The position numbers and the translations under genes are program-made. Positions 1 to 12,879 of a DNA stretch of 64,000 nucleotides are shown piece after piece (the stretch's first letter is position 1; the number at the start of each line of letters is the position of its first letter). Source of the DNA: Marsupella aquatica (Eukaryota > Plantae > Marchantiophyta); contig OZ316893.1 in assembly GCA_973895155.1 (NCBI GenBank), forward strand, positions 11,672,359 to 11,736,358. The letters run 5' to 3'. The notes below the pieces were generated by a model. The model searched no databases and was not told the origin of the DNA. It worked only from the letters and a program-made list of their open reading frames with translations.

Positions 1-660
1 CTAGCTTTGGTCGGACTCACTCTTACTTTAGCCACCCAATCATTCCCTCTCCTACAAAACTTGCCATCACCCAAGAAAAAAGGTTTAGGGTTTAGGGTTT
101 AGCCGCCTTGGGTTCTGGTTTTAATTCTCTCTCCCTCCTGGTCTGGGTCCCTAGCCCTGGTTGCCCACTTTGGGTTTTGGTTTTAATTCTCTCTCCCTCC
201 TGGTCTGGGTCCCTGTCGGATCCTTGGGTATTGTCCCGTTGTGGCTATCCTACATAGAAATGCATGCTCCAAAGTAGGACATCTATCCTCTGTTGGATGG
301 GCCTGCTTTCGGTTTTCAAGGCAAAAAATTAAAAAATCACTAACTATTGACAACATTGTGCAATGCTATAGTGTAACTAATAATTCAAAATCAAAATTTA
401 TGCTCTGGAGCCTATTGTCTAGAGTGAAACAAATGCTGGGTGGTGGGTTTGTCTGCCCGGGGATTGGGCCCCATTAGTGTTTGCTTCTTGGGTGGCCTTC
501 GTCACCTTGTGCGTTATTGGTGGCCCCTGCGCCCCCTTTTTCAAAAAAAGAAAATTGTCTAGAGTGAAACCTAGAGACCTTTTTTCTTGGGTGATGGCAA
601 GTTTTGTAGGAGAGGGAATGATTGGGTGGCTAAAGTAAGAGTGAGTCCGACCAAAGCTAG
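1..660. mobile_element. Foldback/MITE-like element with long inverted repeats (left arm runs off the window)
   Basis: 1-83 is the exact reverse complement of 578-660. The interior holds (TTTAGGG)2TTTAG at 84-102 and a ~35-bp direct repeat (117-152 / 179-213). A diverged relative appears at about 39560-39915 (shares ACTATTGACAA..TGTGCAA, GTCTAGAGTGAA and GATGAGCA.GGA). Confidence 0.6.
431..553 (+). mobile_element. 5'-truncated non-LTR retroelement (LINE/SINE) 3' stub with A-rich tail
   Basis: Exact 17-bp direct repeat ATTGTCTAGAGTGAAAC at 414-430 and 554-570 (TSD). The insert ends in ...CCCCCTTTTTCAAAAAAAGAAA. Confidence 0.65.
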
Positions 661-1998
661 GGTAGGTAGGCTAATCTATCTATATTTATTTGTTGTGATC
701 AAAGTTTAGTCCTCATAACCTGTTCACTTACTGAGTGTAGTAAATCCATAGCCATAATTTCTTCTATAACAATTTTATATTTATGTAGGCTATGCTAGTG
801 AGTTGGATGAGCATGGAGAATGAGGGTAATGGGAGCCGCACCTGTGCATACACACAATCATTTGGGCGTAAGTATTTTTCAAAGTAAACAAAAACCACAA
901 ATTTATTTCACGGACATCCAAAATAAAGAGTGTCGATGGACCCCATACTGTTAGTAGACCTTAAATAAACTTACCCAGAAGAAATTTATGTCACGGACAT
1001 CCAAAATGAAAAATGTTACTCAATGGACCCCATGAATGATCCCCGAATGATCCAGACTACTAATAGACCTTTAATCAACTCACCCAAAACCTCATGTGGT
1101 TGGTGGGGGGGGGACTTTGGTTTGGAGGACAGTCAAGTAAATGTTCAAACACTTATATTGATTACCCAGTACCCAAACTTGTGCCCATGATTCCATAATT
1201 ATGTAAGACACGGGCCCTATGCTTGTGCATTGGGTGGTGCAAGGAGGGCTGGCCCATAGCTAGGGAGTCGGGCCGGGGCATTAATGGAGCAACTTGGTGA
1301 AGCACATGTGCCAGGGGTGCCCATTTCTTCCATCAATAATCGGGAAAACAACCAAACAAATTCATCGGCTGTGAATCTTTTCTGCTCAGGAGTTTTTTTT
1401 GTATTGGACGAAAGACAAAAAAAAAAGGGATCCTTTATTATAGTGGTAGATATATACTTGATGAAAAATGTAAAAATGTTACTTTATCACCCCACAAGAT
1501 TTTTTGTGTATATTTATATAAGGTTTATGAATTTTATGGATCATTCATGAAATCAATCAAATAACAAATTTTCATTTTGGGGTCCACAGGATATATCTGT
1601 CGCTAGAAATTGACTCAGCATCGCTCTCAGCACAGTCAAGGCATTACCGTCAGCACCGTCGCATTTGATCGCCGTGAGTCAGCACCGTCACATCGGATCG
1701 CCGTTAGTCAGCACCGTGAGATCGGACCGCCGTTAGTGCCGTCGTCGCGTGGTTTGAAACTGTACCTCCGCCGTCCGTCCGTCCGTCCGTCCGTCTGTCC
1801 ACTGTCGACTGTGCAGTGGGAGCACCGTTTCCGGTTCTGTCGCCGGTGCGTTTCCCCCTTCTTCTTCTCTCGTCGACGGGTTGCCCGGCCGTCGGCGTTC
1901 ACACGCACGTCTTCCACCTCGTCCGAGAAATTAATACAGTAGAAGAAGAGTAGTATCCTCTTGTGTCCGTCTGTCGATGAACAGCACCCTTTCTTCTC

Positions 1999-2072
1999 TT
2001 TCTCGTCTCGTCTCTTCTCGTCTCTTCTCTACTCTTCACCTCTCGTCTCGTCTCGTCTCGTCTTCTCTCGTT
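1999..2072 (+). repeat. (TCTCG)n-like pyrimidine-rich microsatellite in the SR45a-like 5' leader
   Basis: Runs of tctcgtctcgtctc read directly; a (CCGT)n run also lies at about 1771-1795. Confidence 0.7.
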
Positions 2073-2591
2073 TCCTGCACTCGTTGCTCCCCAGATTGCG
2101 AGGAGGCTGGCCGCTTTCCCTGCCTCTCAGTACCTCTAAAAACTGGCTGGTTTGCCCCACTGAATCTTCTTTTCTCGTTCGGCCTGCTTTCCCTCGTCCT
2201 GCACTCGTGCACACGCTGGTTGCGTTGCTGTTCTTCTTTTCTCGTTGAGGCTGCGTGCTTTCCTTCGTTCGTTGAAAGTGTAACAGGCTGCTTTAAGGGA
2301 CTGCTGTTCTTCTACTACGGAGCCGCTTTCGTGGGAGGCAATTGTCGGTTCTGATTTGCGATTTTGTCCACGGCGCCAACTTTTTGGATTTCGTCGTCAT
2401 GGTGGGTGTTGGTTGTCCTTACTCTTATCTCTCGGTACGAGCCGCTGTTCGGTCGTAGGTTTTAGGGCCGACAGAGGCGGTCTTGCTATGACCCTTGCAA
2501 TCACTGGGCGTCGCTGGAGTCTGGTGTGTTTGCTGGTATTTTTGGAAGCAGATCGGTCTGGTTTCTTGAGATATCAAAGCCTGGTGATGAT

Positions 2592-5500
2592 ATGCCAGTA
2601 GGCTTGTCTCACTCCTATGGTTTTTCTGGAGTGATTTGTTCTTGTGAACAGTGTTTTCCTTCGAGGTCCTGTCGAATATCTGAATTCGGGTCCGTTGCGC
2701 GATACCCGTAGGGTTTATGCGTCTGGTGTGTTGTATCCTTTGGCTTTTCTTGCTCAATAGCCGTTTTCGTGTTTGGCATTGCCACGTCGGTGCCATTTCT
2801 TTGGTATTAGTGCTCCCGTTGGTCGAGACGGACTATGGAGGCCCCTCGGGATGATTGCCTATACAATGTTGCACTTCTGAATCTCGTTTTGTGCTTTGCA
2901 ATGTCGGGGTCTTTCATGTGTTCTTTTGTTCTGCTAATCATTTCTCTAATCGTAGGACTTGCTTTCCGCGACATTGTTCGTCCTTGAATGCGGTCTATTT
3001 GCCCTCCTCTTACAAACCTTTTTGTTGCGCTTTTCTTCCATGACAGGCCGACTCTCCTCGTCACAGGTACTCCCCGTTACTGACTATGGCTCCCTAACCT
3101 ATTTTACGTTAGATGCGAGTTCATCTTCTCTTTCTTGGGTTTGACGGGCTATGCAGGGTGCCGAAGTTGCCTGGTTTTCCTTCCCTTTGAAGCCTTCACA
3201 ATCGTGAAGGACGTGGGTTCCGTTGTCGTTCCCTCTAGTCCTCAGGGTTTCATCTGCTTGGATTCAGTCTCTTATTTCCATGATGATTGTCTTATCATTT
3301 TCCAATTTGGCGTAAGGAAGCTGTGCAGGTATTGAGCTGTTTGTGGGCTGCTTAAGATTTTCGGTTAGGTTATTATGGTTAATGATAATGATAATTGTTG
3401 TTCCGTACCTTGTGGTCAGGTCTGACCGATACTCAAGGTCACCTTCACCCCGGGATAGGGTCGAGCGTTCAAGATCTCGGAGCCCTTCTCGGCGGTAAGA
3501 AACTCGTATAATCTCTTTGCTTTGCCCCTTCTTTTATTATTTTTAAATATGCATCTGAATGCTTACGATCACTTCAGATCACCTGCACCAAGGGAACGCG
3601 TGGAGCGTTCGAGATCCCGAAGCCCCGCTCGCCGGTCAGTATTCTTCGTCCTGTTTTTGTGTTTAAAGTTGTACTATCACACAGTTGGCAGTCAGACTAG
3701 TCAAGTTCTTGGGGTTCTCTTTTACCAGTTTGCCGCTTGCATTTTGGATCTTCGAGATGATTCAAGCTGGTATGTGGCCATGTCTTTTTTGTTTTACATA
3801 TATTGCTTATGCCTGGAACAATCCCGTTCCATGGAGATGTGGTCTTTCAAGTGAGTTCTGGTATATTTACTTACAATGCCATCGTACTTACATATTTACA
3901 TTTGGTGTGGTGATTCCTGCGCGGAGAAACAGCTTTCGACACGACGCATTGAATCCAGGCAATAACCTGTACGTTACTGGATTGTCGACACGCGTCAACG
4001 AGAAAGACTTAGAAGAGCATTTCTCTCGAGAAGGGAAGGTAATATTTATTCCATTTTCCTTTTCATGATAAAGACCCCTTCATGTTGATTTTGAGCTGTA
4101 TCCCGACCTCGTCGATTCCGGAATGTGCCTTTTAATAGGACTACTATCCATGCTTTTCTATTCTCAGGTGTTGGAATGTCGACTTGTATTGGATCCTCGA
4201 ACCCGCGAGTCCCGTGGCTTTGGCTTTGTGACAATGGAGCACCTCGAAGATGCAGAGCGCTGCATCAAGTACTTGAACCGTTCGACCCTGGAAGGTCGAA
4301 TGATTACAGTTGAGAAGGTATGCAACAGGAAACGGTGGTATGCAAGAGGCAGTGCTCTTTCGTGCCACTGCTACCTGCCCACTATACCTTTGTTGTAATT
4401 TGTTGAGTTACAGTTGAGGTGTAACCACAATCGAAGAATTGAGTTGCCTGGTATATTGCTAACTGGATCGTTGACCTTTTGGTCATCCAGAAAATGACGT
4501 CCCCCACTTTTTTGCGGACCGCCAAGAACCCTTTCTTTCGGCAAATAATTGTGAGTCTCAGAAATTGTCAAGCTGATATGGCAGGCTGGCCTGTTGCAAG
4601 CGGAGCAACTCTGAATGTCAGCATCCAGATAAACCAACCGGGCATGCATATACACCAAACATGATGTTGCCGAGCACTTCCTACAGTGCATCCGCCTCAG
4701 CATGACTCCAGATTCAAACTGACCTAGGCGAGCTTTTTAAGAGACTGCCACAACCACAATTCGCCACACCATCCTGGCTTGCGACCAGCAGAATCAAAAC
4801 TCGATAGTTCTAATCAAGGGAGACCAACTACAGCATGCAGGGTTATCTGTCGGGCCGTAATTTTCTTTTCGTTTTAGCAACGGCTTACGGCCATGATCGT
4901 GTGCTAATTTTATCATCCGACTGTTGACAACTGCCAACAAGTTGAACCCTTCCGCCTTTTCGAAATTGGGAGCTGCTCTGGTTTCGATGCAAACTAAACA
5001 GCTCCTTGCTGGCTTCTGGTACTAGCTGCTTCCGTCAAAGTTTAGGTGCTACCTATGCTTTTGTCAACTCAATCAGCTAACTATCTGGTATTGCAGCATT
5101 CTTCATTCGTCTTGCATGTATGTTCTTTGATGTGGCTTCTTCTGATATACTTACATGACCATGAGGACGAGTATCTTAGGACAACATCCAACTTAAACTG
5201 GAAGACCATGAGAACCCTTTGTTATCTGCTCTGACAAGTCTTCATTGACGTGCAGGCGAAGCGCAAGCGTGCCAGGACACCAACACCGGGAGAGTACCTT
5301 GGAGTCAGAGGTGGGTGTGCTATTTTCTTCGTGCCTACCCCGCTGCTGTCGTAAGGGCAGGTCGATTTGCTGCCTTGAAATGCCATTCTTCTCAATTAAC
5401 TCGAAGTTTGGATTTTTTGGCAGCCATGCAATCCAACAGGCGTGGTGGCCGTGGAGGGGGGGGTGGAGGTGGAGGAGGTGGATTCCGACGAGAAGGACGA

Positions 5501-5629
5501 AATTCACGACATTCACCTGAGTATGCCCCTTATTCTGGTGGCCGAGATAGGTCGCCACGATACTCTCCTTACCGGGGTCACCAGCGCGATCGCTCGGCAT
5601 CTCCACAATATGCTCCTTATCGCCGATAA
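2592..5629 (+). CDS. SR45a: SR45a/Tra2-like serine/arginine-rich splicing factor (RS - RRM - RS/Gly-rich), spliced
   Basis: GT-AG exons join in frame: 2592-2597 (MP, tentative start), 3047-3066, 3420-3494, 3578-3634, 3933-4038, 4168-4317, 5256-5310, 5424-5629. The protein has NPGNNLYVTGLSTRV (RNP2), SRGFGFVTM (RNP1), the family linker AKRKRARTPTPGEYLG, and RS/SPY repeats. Confidence 0.9.
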
Positions 5630-8600
5630 TCTTACCATGTATGAACTCATCCTACCTTCATTGAATGCTGCAAAGCTTTTCCGATGCAGTATCCCGTCGA
5701 CCCATGCTCACCTAGCTCCTTGTGGTGATGGCTGTACAGGTGATTGGCGGATATAGGTTTTACCATCTGATAATCCTGTTTATACCGTCTTTTGAAGCAG
5801 CAAGGATTCGACATATTTGTGTGTTTTATGTCCCTGCATATTTGAAGGTGCAAGCAGGCAGCCATGTATTTGTAAGTCAGCTCAGAACAGCAATGTAGAA
5901 ATGGTGGAAATTTGTATCTGGTTTTACATGCTAGGGAAAATCTCTTATTTTGACTTAGAACTCTGAAACTAGCTTTAATTGTGTTGGCTCGGCGTTTTTA
6001 TTGAAGCAGAGCGTGCGTTTTGCACATCCTTGAGCATTAAACTCTTGGCCCTGAAATCCGTTCCCTTGTTCATACTGGTTGTGGATTCCTGGCTTAGGAT
6101 TGGATGGCTTGTTTGGTTTTGTTGGTTATTACTTCGTGTTAGGTTTGCACTTCGGTACATAACCGAGTTCACGATAGATATTTGAAAGCTTATTTGTTCG
6201 GACTATGTTTGTACTTCCGTGTATAATCGAGTTCAGTAGCTATGCAGTAAAGCACACCGCATTTGGTTGATCTGTGCTTTCCCGGGTGATGGTATGAAGG
6301 CGTTTCGTGCTCTAAACGATGGTGTGCAAGTGGACAGGCTGTTTTGTTTTGGGTCTGAATAGCAATTTGTGTTTCAGTTGAAAGGCTGACACAACTGGCA
6401 ATCCTCAAGTGGGAATCAGGGGTGAGTAACAAAACTAAAGTAAGAATCAAAACCATAGGAGAAGGGGAACAGCTGTCATAAAGTCCTATGTATGGTGGAA
6501 AGCCATATCTGGAGGGCTGTACAAAGTATACCCTGGTGTAAGGAACTGAAATCCCTCATGGAAGTTGCTCATGAACTTCCACAAGACGTGGCGTGGACAT
6601 CTCTCGTGCCAGGTTTGCAAACGTTCTGAACGAAATGCTCCTGTTGGGGTGTTTAAACTGGCAAATCCCAAGCAGTTTGAATGTTTTCAAGTAGGCTAGT
6701 ACTACTTAAGAGTACTAAAGTGATGCAAGCTGGAGTCCAGAACATCTGTCTGAATAGAAAATACTCCAAATCTGATCATTCTTGTATTACTAGAAGTGAC
6801 CCAATTTAGATCCAGAAGTGATGCAAATTAGATTTGAGGACAACTCTGCAACTAGACCTCTCCAAGTCTGATAGCTTATCACTACAATTGATCCAAATTG
6901 GATTCTGGAACAATTCTGCCTGGATAGACAAGTCCCCTGTCGTTTGTAGCACCCAAAACTGCATTGTTCCACAACAATTGTCATTTGCATGGGACAATCA
7001 CACTAGGATATTTTATGCGCTAATTACATTTTTTGTGCTTTATGGAGTCCTTTTGTCCATTCTCTAAATGGTTCTCTTCTTCGAAAGTCTTGAATTTTGT
7101 CACTACATGCAACACCAGCTAATATTGCACCCCAATCAGTTGTAGAGCAATGAGAGATCCTCATTCTTATGAATGTGTGTAGCTCAAAAGTAGAATTTCT
7201 TAGTTCTCTCGTAAGTGGCAACCCAAAGAGATGAGGCAGTCTCCATATTATAGTAGTTTGTAATGCCTTGCACAATTGCATTGTGAAGTGTGTGATTATT
7301 GTGACCATGCTATCTTTGCGAAAGAATTGTCATTGTGGTTATGATGTCAAGCAAAAATGTTTTCGAGCATAAGTGATACTGAGGGAAAGTGTTGTCATGA
7401 ACATATATGGTCAAAGCCAAAGTGCTAAAATGGTAGTGAAAAGAGGAATCAAAGAGTTGTAGGTAACTAGGGGAGAGTAAAACATTGCGAGAACGGGAGG
7501 AGAGTGCAGAGAGAATGGAAGAGTTGTAGATGAATTGATCAAGAGGCACAAGTTGCACAAACCCAAGGAAACGAAGACCAATATTTTAATGCTACCTTTA
7601 TCTTGTCAATGCAAAATTATACAACGGTGCCAAGGATGGTCCATCAAAAAAATTGCTCTTGTGGAAGATGAGCAAGTTACTGACGAGGTACAAATGATGT
7701 TGAGATGAGAGTTGCAGACAATATGTCAATCAGGGCTGGACAAGATTGGATCATTCCAGTGCATTGCTTCTACCTATTAAACTACCCCAAATTTCTTTCA
7801 ACCCTCCTTGGCCATCGCCCTACCTCCCACCCTATTTCTGTTCCTTTTTCCCTTGGCAAATTAACTCAACCCACTTTAATTTATTTTATTTTATTTTCCT
7901 TTCTTTTCCTTTCCTTTGATTGGTTTGATGAGTGTCATCAGAAACTTTTGGGAAACTCGTTTCTCCAAAACTGTTTAGCAAGTAGGTCTAAAAGCTTGGC
8001 AACAACATACAAAATTCTCAACCCAAACGGCCGTGAGACAACAAAACTTTGGTTTAAAAACCCTTTTGATACATCTTAGGATACTAACATAATCCAACGG
8101 CACAGAAATAACATTACCAAAACTCTAAAACAATAACTAACTAACTTAGAATAGGGTTCTTGTGACCATTGTGCATAGTCTTTCACCGACCAACTTTGTT
8201 ACCCAAACTGTAACTTACCGTTTTTGATGGCATTGTGTCAAATACTAATGGTCATGTTAATTTTTTCCTCAAAACATAGTAGTACTAGTTTGCAACCAAA
8301 AACCCCTGACATGGCCGCACAAGGTGCCGGGAAGTTTGCAAGCTACAGTACTTCTCATGGGGTTGGTAAATAACACTAATTTGCTGGCAAGACCTGGGGA
8401 AGGATAGAGTCGTCCCCATTGACAATTGATCGATCAATCATCCTGACAAAAAGGAACGCGAAAAGTCAGCCTACTGTGTTAATGCATTATTCAGAAGCAT
8501 TTCAGTTCAAATGAAGCCATGAAACATGCCAAGCACGTGTACAGTTGGTTTTCAGTAACAAGCCACTTATTTACTATTTCTAAATCCTGTAAATCTTAGT

Positions 8601-9950
8601 TCAGGTACTTGCATGTGATCAAGAATAATGAGTTTCAGTTACTTTCGGGCGGAAAAACTCAATTAAAAGTAAGGGGACTGTTAATTCTCTTACGTGAATA
8701 AGAACAAATGCTATCAACTTTCAAAAAATTCCAAAATATCACCCTCTAATAAGTTTATGGTCATTTTGTCCTTATCACAGTATTTAATGTTTGAATACAA
8801 CTGCTACAGGAGGTTGATGTCTCCGCACCTTAAAACAGTCCCATAGGTCTCTGCTAAAGGTTAAGTTAAGCTGGACTGGAAAAACAAAATTTGAGTTGTA
8901 ATAGTCAACTTTTGAGTTAGGTTACTCTAACAATGCTAAACTTTGAAAAGCTCACTAGACCTCAAAAGAAAGAGAATCAAACAAGCTTTGAAAGTTTTTG
9001 ATAACTTTTGAGGGAGTTAGGGGACACGAAAACAGCATGGGTCAATGTGGTAGTCATCATAGATTTTATTCTACTTCATTTGTGTTACTGTTCACCTAGT
9101 GTTAACTTTCCAGGAGGATTTCTTCACCATTGAGTAACGTCAGAAATTCCAATATACTTCCAAAGAAGGAAAATCAAACAAAGCTTTCTAATGAGCAGAA
9201 GATTTTTATACATTTTTACGGAGTTATGGGCCACGAAAGAACCATGGGTCCATATGGCCATTACAATGGATTTTGTTCACTCCTACTTTTGTGACCGCCC
9301 GTCTATGGATCTGCATTAGCATGACTGAATACTTTATGGACAATAGATTATGGAATAGCAAGGACCTAAAAAATGCAAGATATTTGCGGTGGTCCCCCAA
9401 TAAACTATGTTTCGGGTATGTTCATACAAGGCATATCAATGAAGGTGTATCAACGGTATGGATCACTAGATCACTCTGGTCCCATCAAGTAACATTTTTC
9501 ATTTTAAAGGTCCATCAAGCATATACTTCTGAAAAATGGTTACACGCCAATAACCTGTATTTCTAACCGCATTTAAATTAATATATAGTCTTCATGGACC
9601 CCATAAGATTTAATTAAACCACCAGTGTGCACTAGGGTTGGGAATGACAAACTAGTGCACCTTAATAGTTTCTGAGAACATTATTGATTTATTTTAGTAC
9701 AACTACAGCCACTAAAGATGTTCCAATTTACTAGATTCCTATGCTGCAACTTTCATATTTGTCCACATTTGTTACATTCATGACTTGTAGTCCATATACA
9801 AAACCATGATATATTTATAAATCCAAAAAATATTGACAATAGTATCATTTGGAATATCTTTAGTAAAAACTAGTTTAAAGTTGTAATTTAGTAACCTGGA
9901 TACACTGGATTTTGCTTAGGGGGCAATGGCAATTTAATGTCCATCAACTA

Positions 9951-11252
9951 AACTCTTTACAGTATTTAGTGTCACGAAACAATTAGTGTCACAAAACAAT
10001 TAGTGTCACACACACTAATTTGGGGTAGCTCTTGATTTTCAGCCAAGTGACACTATTTACCGTCACCCTTAATTTTGGAAAATAAATTAATATATTGAAA
10101 AATATTGATAATTAGAGGTGACAATGCTATTACCCTATACTGCTCTCACTCCAAAGTTATCCAAACTACCAACGACATCTCTTTGTGTGTATGTTGTTAG
10201 GAAGTTCCTTTGTGTTTTACCTTGTCGGTCTTTGTGAAAGGAGGTTGATAGATTTATAACATGGTGGGAATGGATTGGATTTGCTAGCACAAGGGAAAGA
10301 GAATCAAGACTATGTCAAAATGTCAATAATAATTAATCTGCGTCTCGTTTGGCTTATCCTCGTTGCATTTCAAAAAATGATAAATGAAGACCCAAAAAAT
10401 GTGGGGACGGGACACAGGACACATCTGGGAAATTGATAAATCCAGGCAAACATGAGGGCAAACATTGATTTTTGACATTGGCAAGGGACTCTGTAGCTAA
10501 GATGAACAGTTCTATTCACAGACATCACATGTCTTATGCACAAAATTTAATGATAAACACCGGTTTATCTTTAAATGTCAATGGTTTATAGTCTGAAAAT
10601 CAACTTACACTTGAGCTTCAGAATATCATAGCAAAGCACCAAGTGAATTTTAAGGGAGTCGAGTTGGCCTTGACATTGATGTTACTGTTGAAGTGGCTCC
10701 TGATATTGGTGAACCAAGTGAAGAGCCAGCTCAACCCTCTTCTCTTGGGGCTGTACGCCATCTTGCAAGGATGAGACACAGGGGACAGATTGTAGGAGAT
10801 TGAAAAGAATGTTAGTTTGTAGCTTATGTGAGATAACATGTGGCATAGTTGATCGAAGTGAATCAAATATATAGATATTGTTTGCTCAATGTGCTTCAAG
10901 AGTACCCCAAACTGCAAATGTGAGGAGGAGTTATAAATTTCTGAAGTTTGCTTAATATTTGAGTAGTGTATGGAAGGAGTTATAAGTTTCTGTTTCTGAA
11001 GTTTTCTCAATGTTTGAGTAGTTAAATTTGTAAACTATACTCAAATATTGTGCGCATTTTTAAAGTTTTTATAAGCAACTTTTAACTATTGTCCGTTCTT
11101 TGTTTTTAACTTTAAGTGTATGTGACGCTATTTGACTTGTGACCACAAATAGTGTCATACTATATTAGTGTCACACGCCCTAATTTCCGTCACTTACCTC
11201 AAATATAACCTCACAATAATTAGAGTGTGTGAGACTAAATACTGTAAAGAGT
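9951..11252. mobile_element. Non-autonomous Tc1/mariner-pogo-like TIR element, TA-flanked
   Basis: Left end TA|aACTCTTTACAGTATTTAGTGTCAC and right end GTGAGACTAAATACTGTAAAGAGTG|TA are near-perfect inverted repeats. Subterminal TTAGTGTCAC repeats occur near both ends. A possible decayed CCHC-knuckle remnant lies at about 10760-10805 (weak). Confidence 0.6.
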
Positions 11253-11608
11253 GTATCTGGGATCATTCATGGGGTCTATTTTAGTAAACTGGATGCACCA
11301 GATTTTGCTTAGGGGACGGTTTATCACCTATCCGTATATCATTCATGGGGTCTATCAAGTGACATTTTTCATTCCAGGAGTCCATGAAGTATATCTCTCC
11401 ATTTACGTTACTTTCGTTCCTATTATTTGTGCCTGAGCTATCAAGTGACACTTTTCAATTTATTAATTTTTTTCCTGAAAGGAGCATATCACCTAATCTT
11501 GGACATAATCTTTACTATATTCTGGCAAAGATTTGTTTGATGGGACCCCAAAATGAAAACTGTTATTTGATAGGACCTTGAGTGATCCGTGATCCAGACC
11601 ATTGAGTA

Positions 11609-11823
11609 ACCTTGAATCAACGTACCCAAAATTTCAAGGGTCCTATGAAATAAGACAATTCTACCTTGAATCAACTTACCGAACATTTCAAGGGTCCTAT
11701 GAAATAAGACAATTCTACCTTGAATCAACTTACCGAACATTTCAAGGGTCCTATGAAATAAGACAATTCTACCTTGAATGAACGTACCCAAAATTTCAAG
11801 GGTCTTATTAAATAAGACAATTC
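11609..11823. repeat. 54-bp tandem repeat, 4 copies
   Basis: Unit ACCTTGAATCAAC(G/T)TACC(C/G)AA(A/C)ATTTCAAGGGTCCTATGAAATAAGACAATTCT starts at 11609, 11663, 11717 and 11771. Confidence 0.9.
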
Positions 11824-12879
11824 ATTTTGGAGTCTCATCAAACAAATCATTCCCGGGTCCATCAAATAGTAGTATATCTCTCCATTTACGTTACTTTGGT
11901 TCGTATTGTGTATGCGCGAGGACGGCATACGAGTGATTTTCGAGAATCTGGTACAGTCTCCCGGTGTGTCTGCGTCGGTCTTCCGCGAGGGCTGCCGAAG
12001 CCACAGGCCGGCTCGGAGTCTCGGACCATGCCGGGTCGGCCCAACTTGTACCGAAGAACAAGTGGGCAAATTGACCGTGCTATTACCGACGGTAGCGACG
12101 GTGGGTCCCGGCCTGCTGCGTGTCATTATTTGGTCCGGATGTCCCGCATGATTGACGCAGTCGAAAACAATTTTTTAATTTGATGCCTGTTGACCGCGCC
12201 CAACCTGCCCTGACGGGCCCTGACTTGATGCCACGCTACTGTCGACTTCTCCTCCTGTTTTTTTACCTTTAATTTTTCTCACTTTCTCGGCGGATCTTTC
12301 AGGCAGTGAGACATGAGATGGTGTGACCTGCATGGCCGCTCGATCTGGAACTCTACGTAATCGTTCGAGTGAGAGTGAATCTAGGGTGTAGATGCTTTCT
12401 CGATCCGAGGTTTTGTCCTGTGCCTTTCATGTTACTGTATGCTGTAGTTGATTTACCGTCACTGTCCACCACTCCACCAGGTTTGGGGAGACAAAATAGT
12501 TTATTTTAAGACATTTATTGAGAACATATTATTGATGTAATCTAGTAACTTTACACGAGGGTTGAGGAAGAGAACATGGTGTATATTTAAGGAAAATAAA
12601 ATTATTGACTTGGATCCACCAGATTTTGGTTCAGGGACGGTGACACTTTGAGGCTGACATTCATTGTCATTCATGGAGTTTTACAATGCCACATTACACC
12701 CTTAACCCTTGGCATCCGTGTCCATTTTCCAAACACTCATACTTTTCTTTTCCTCCTCTGTGTTTGCTGTACCTAGGTGGCTTTCCAGAGTTGACTAGGT
12801 ACAAATATTTCCCTCCTTTATGTTTGCCTTATCATTAATTTTCATTCACTTTTTTTCCAGGGTTGACTAAGTGCAAATC

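Noticed and set aside
1610-2601. Several 60-125 aa ORFs upstream of the SR45a-like gene (likewise 21446-23314 upstream of ABCG)
   Set aside because: They translate microsatellites and GC-rich leader sequence into low-complexity peptides with no coding signature.
6790-8079. Cluster of short ORFs that might be a decayed TE gene
   Set aside because: No recognisable domain motif or terminal structure.
11609-11823. Regular short repeats that could suggest a CRISPR array (also the 37594-38550 array)
   Set aside because: Units are contiguous with no unique spacers, no cas genes are present, and the context is eukaryotic. These are ordinary tandem repeats.
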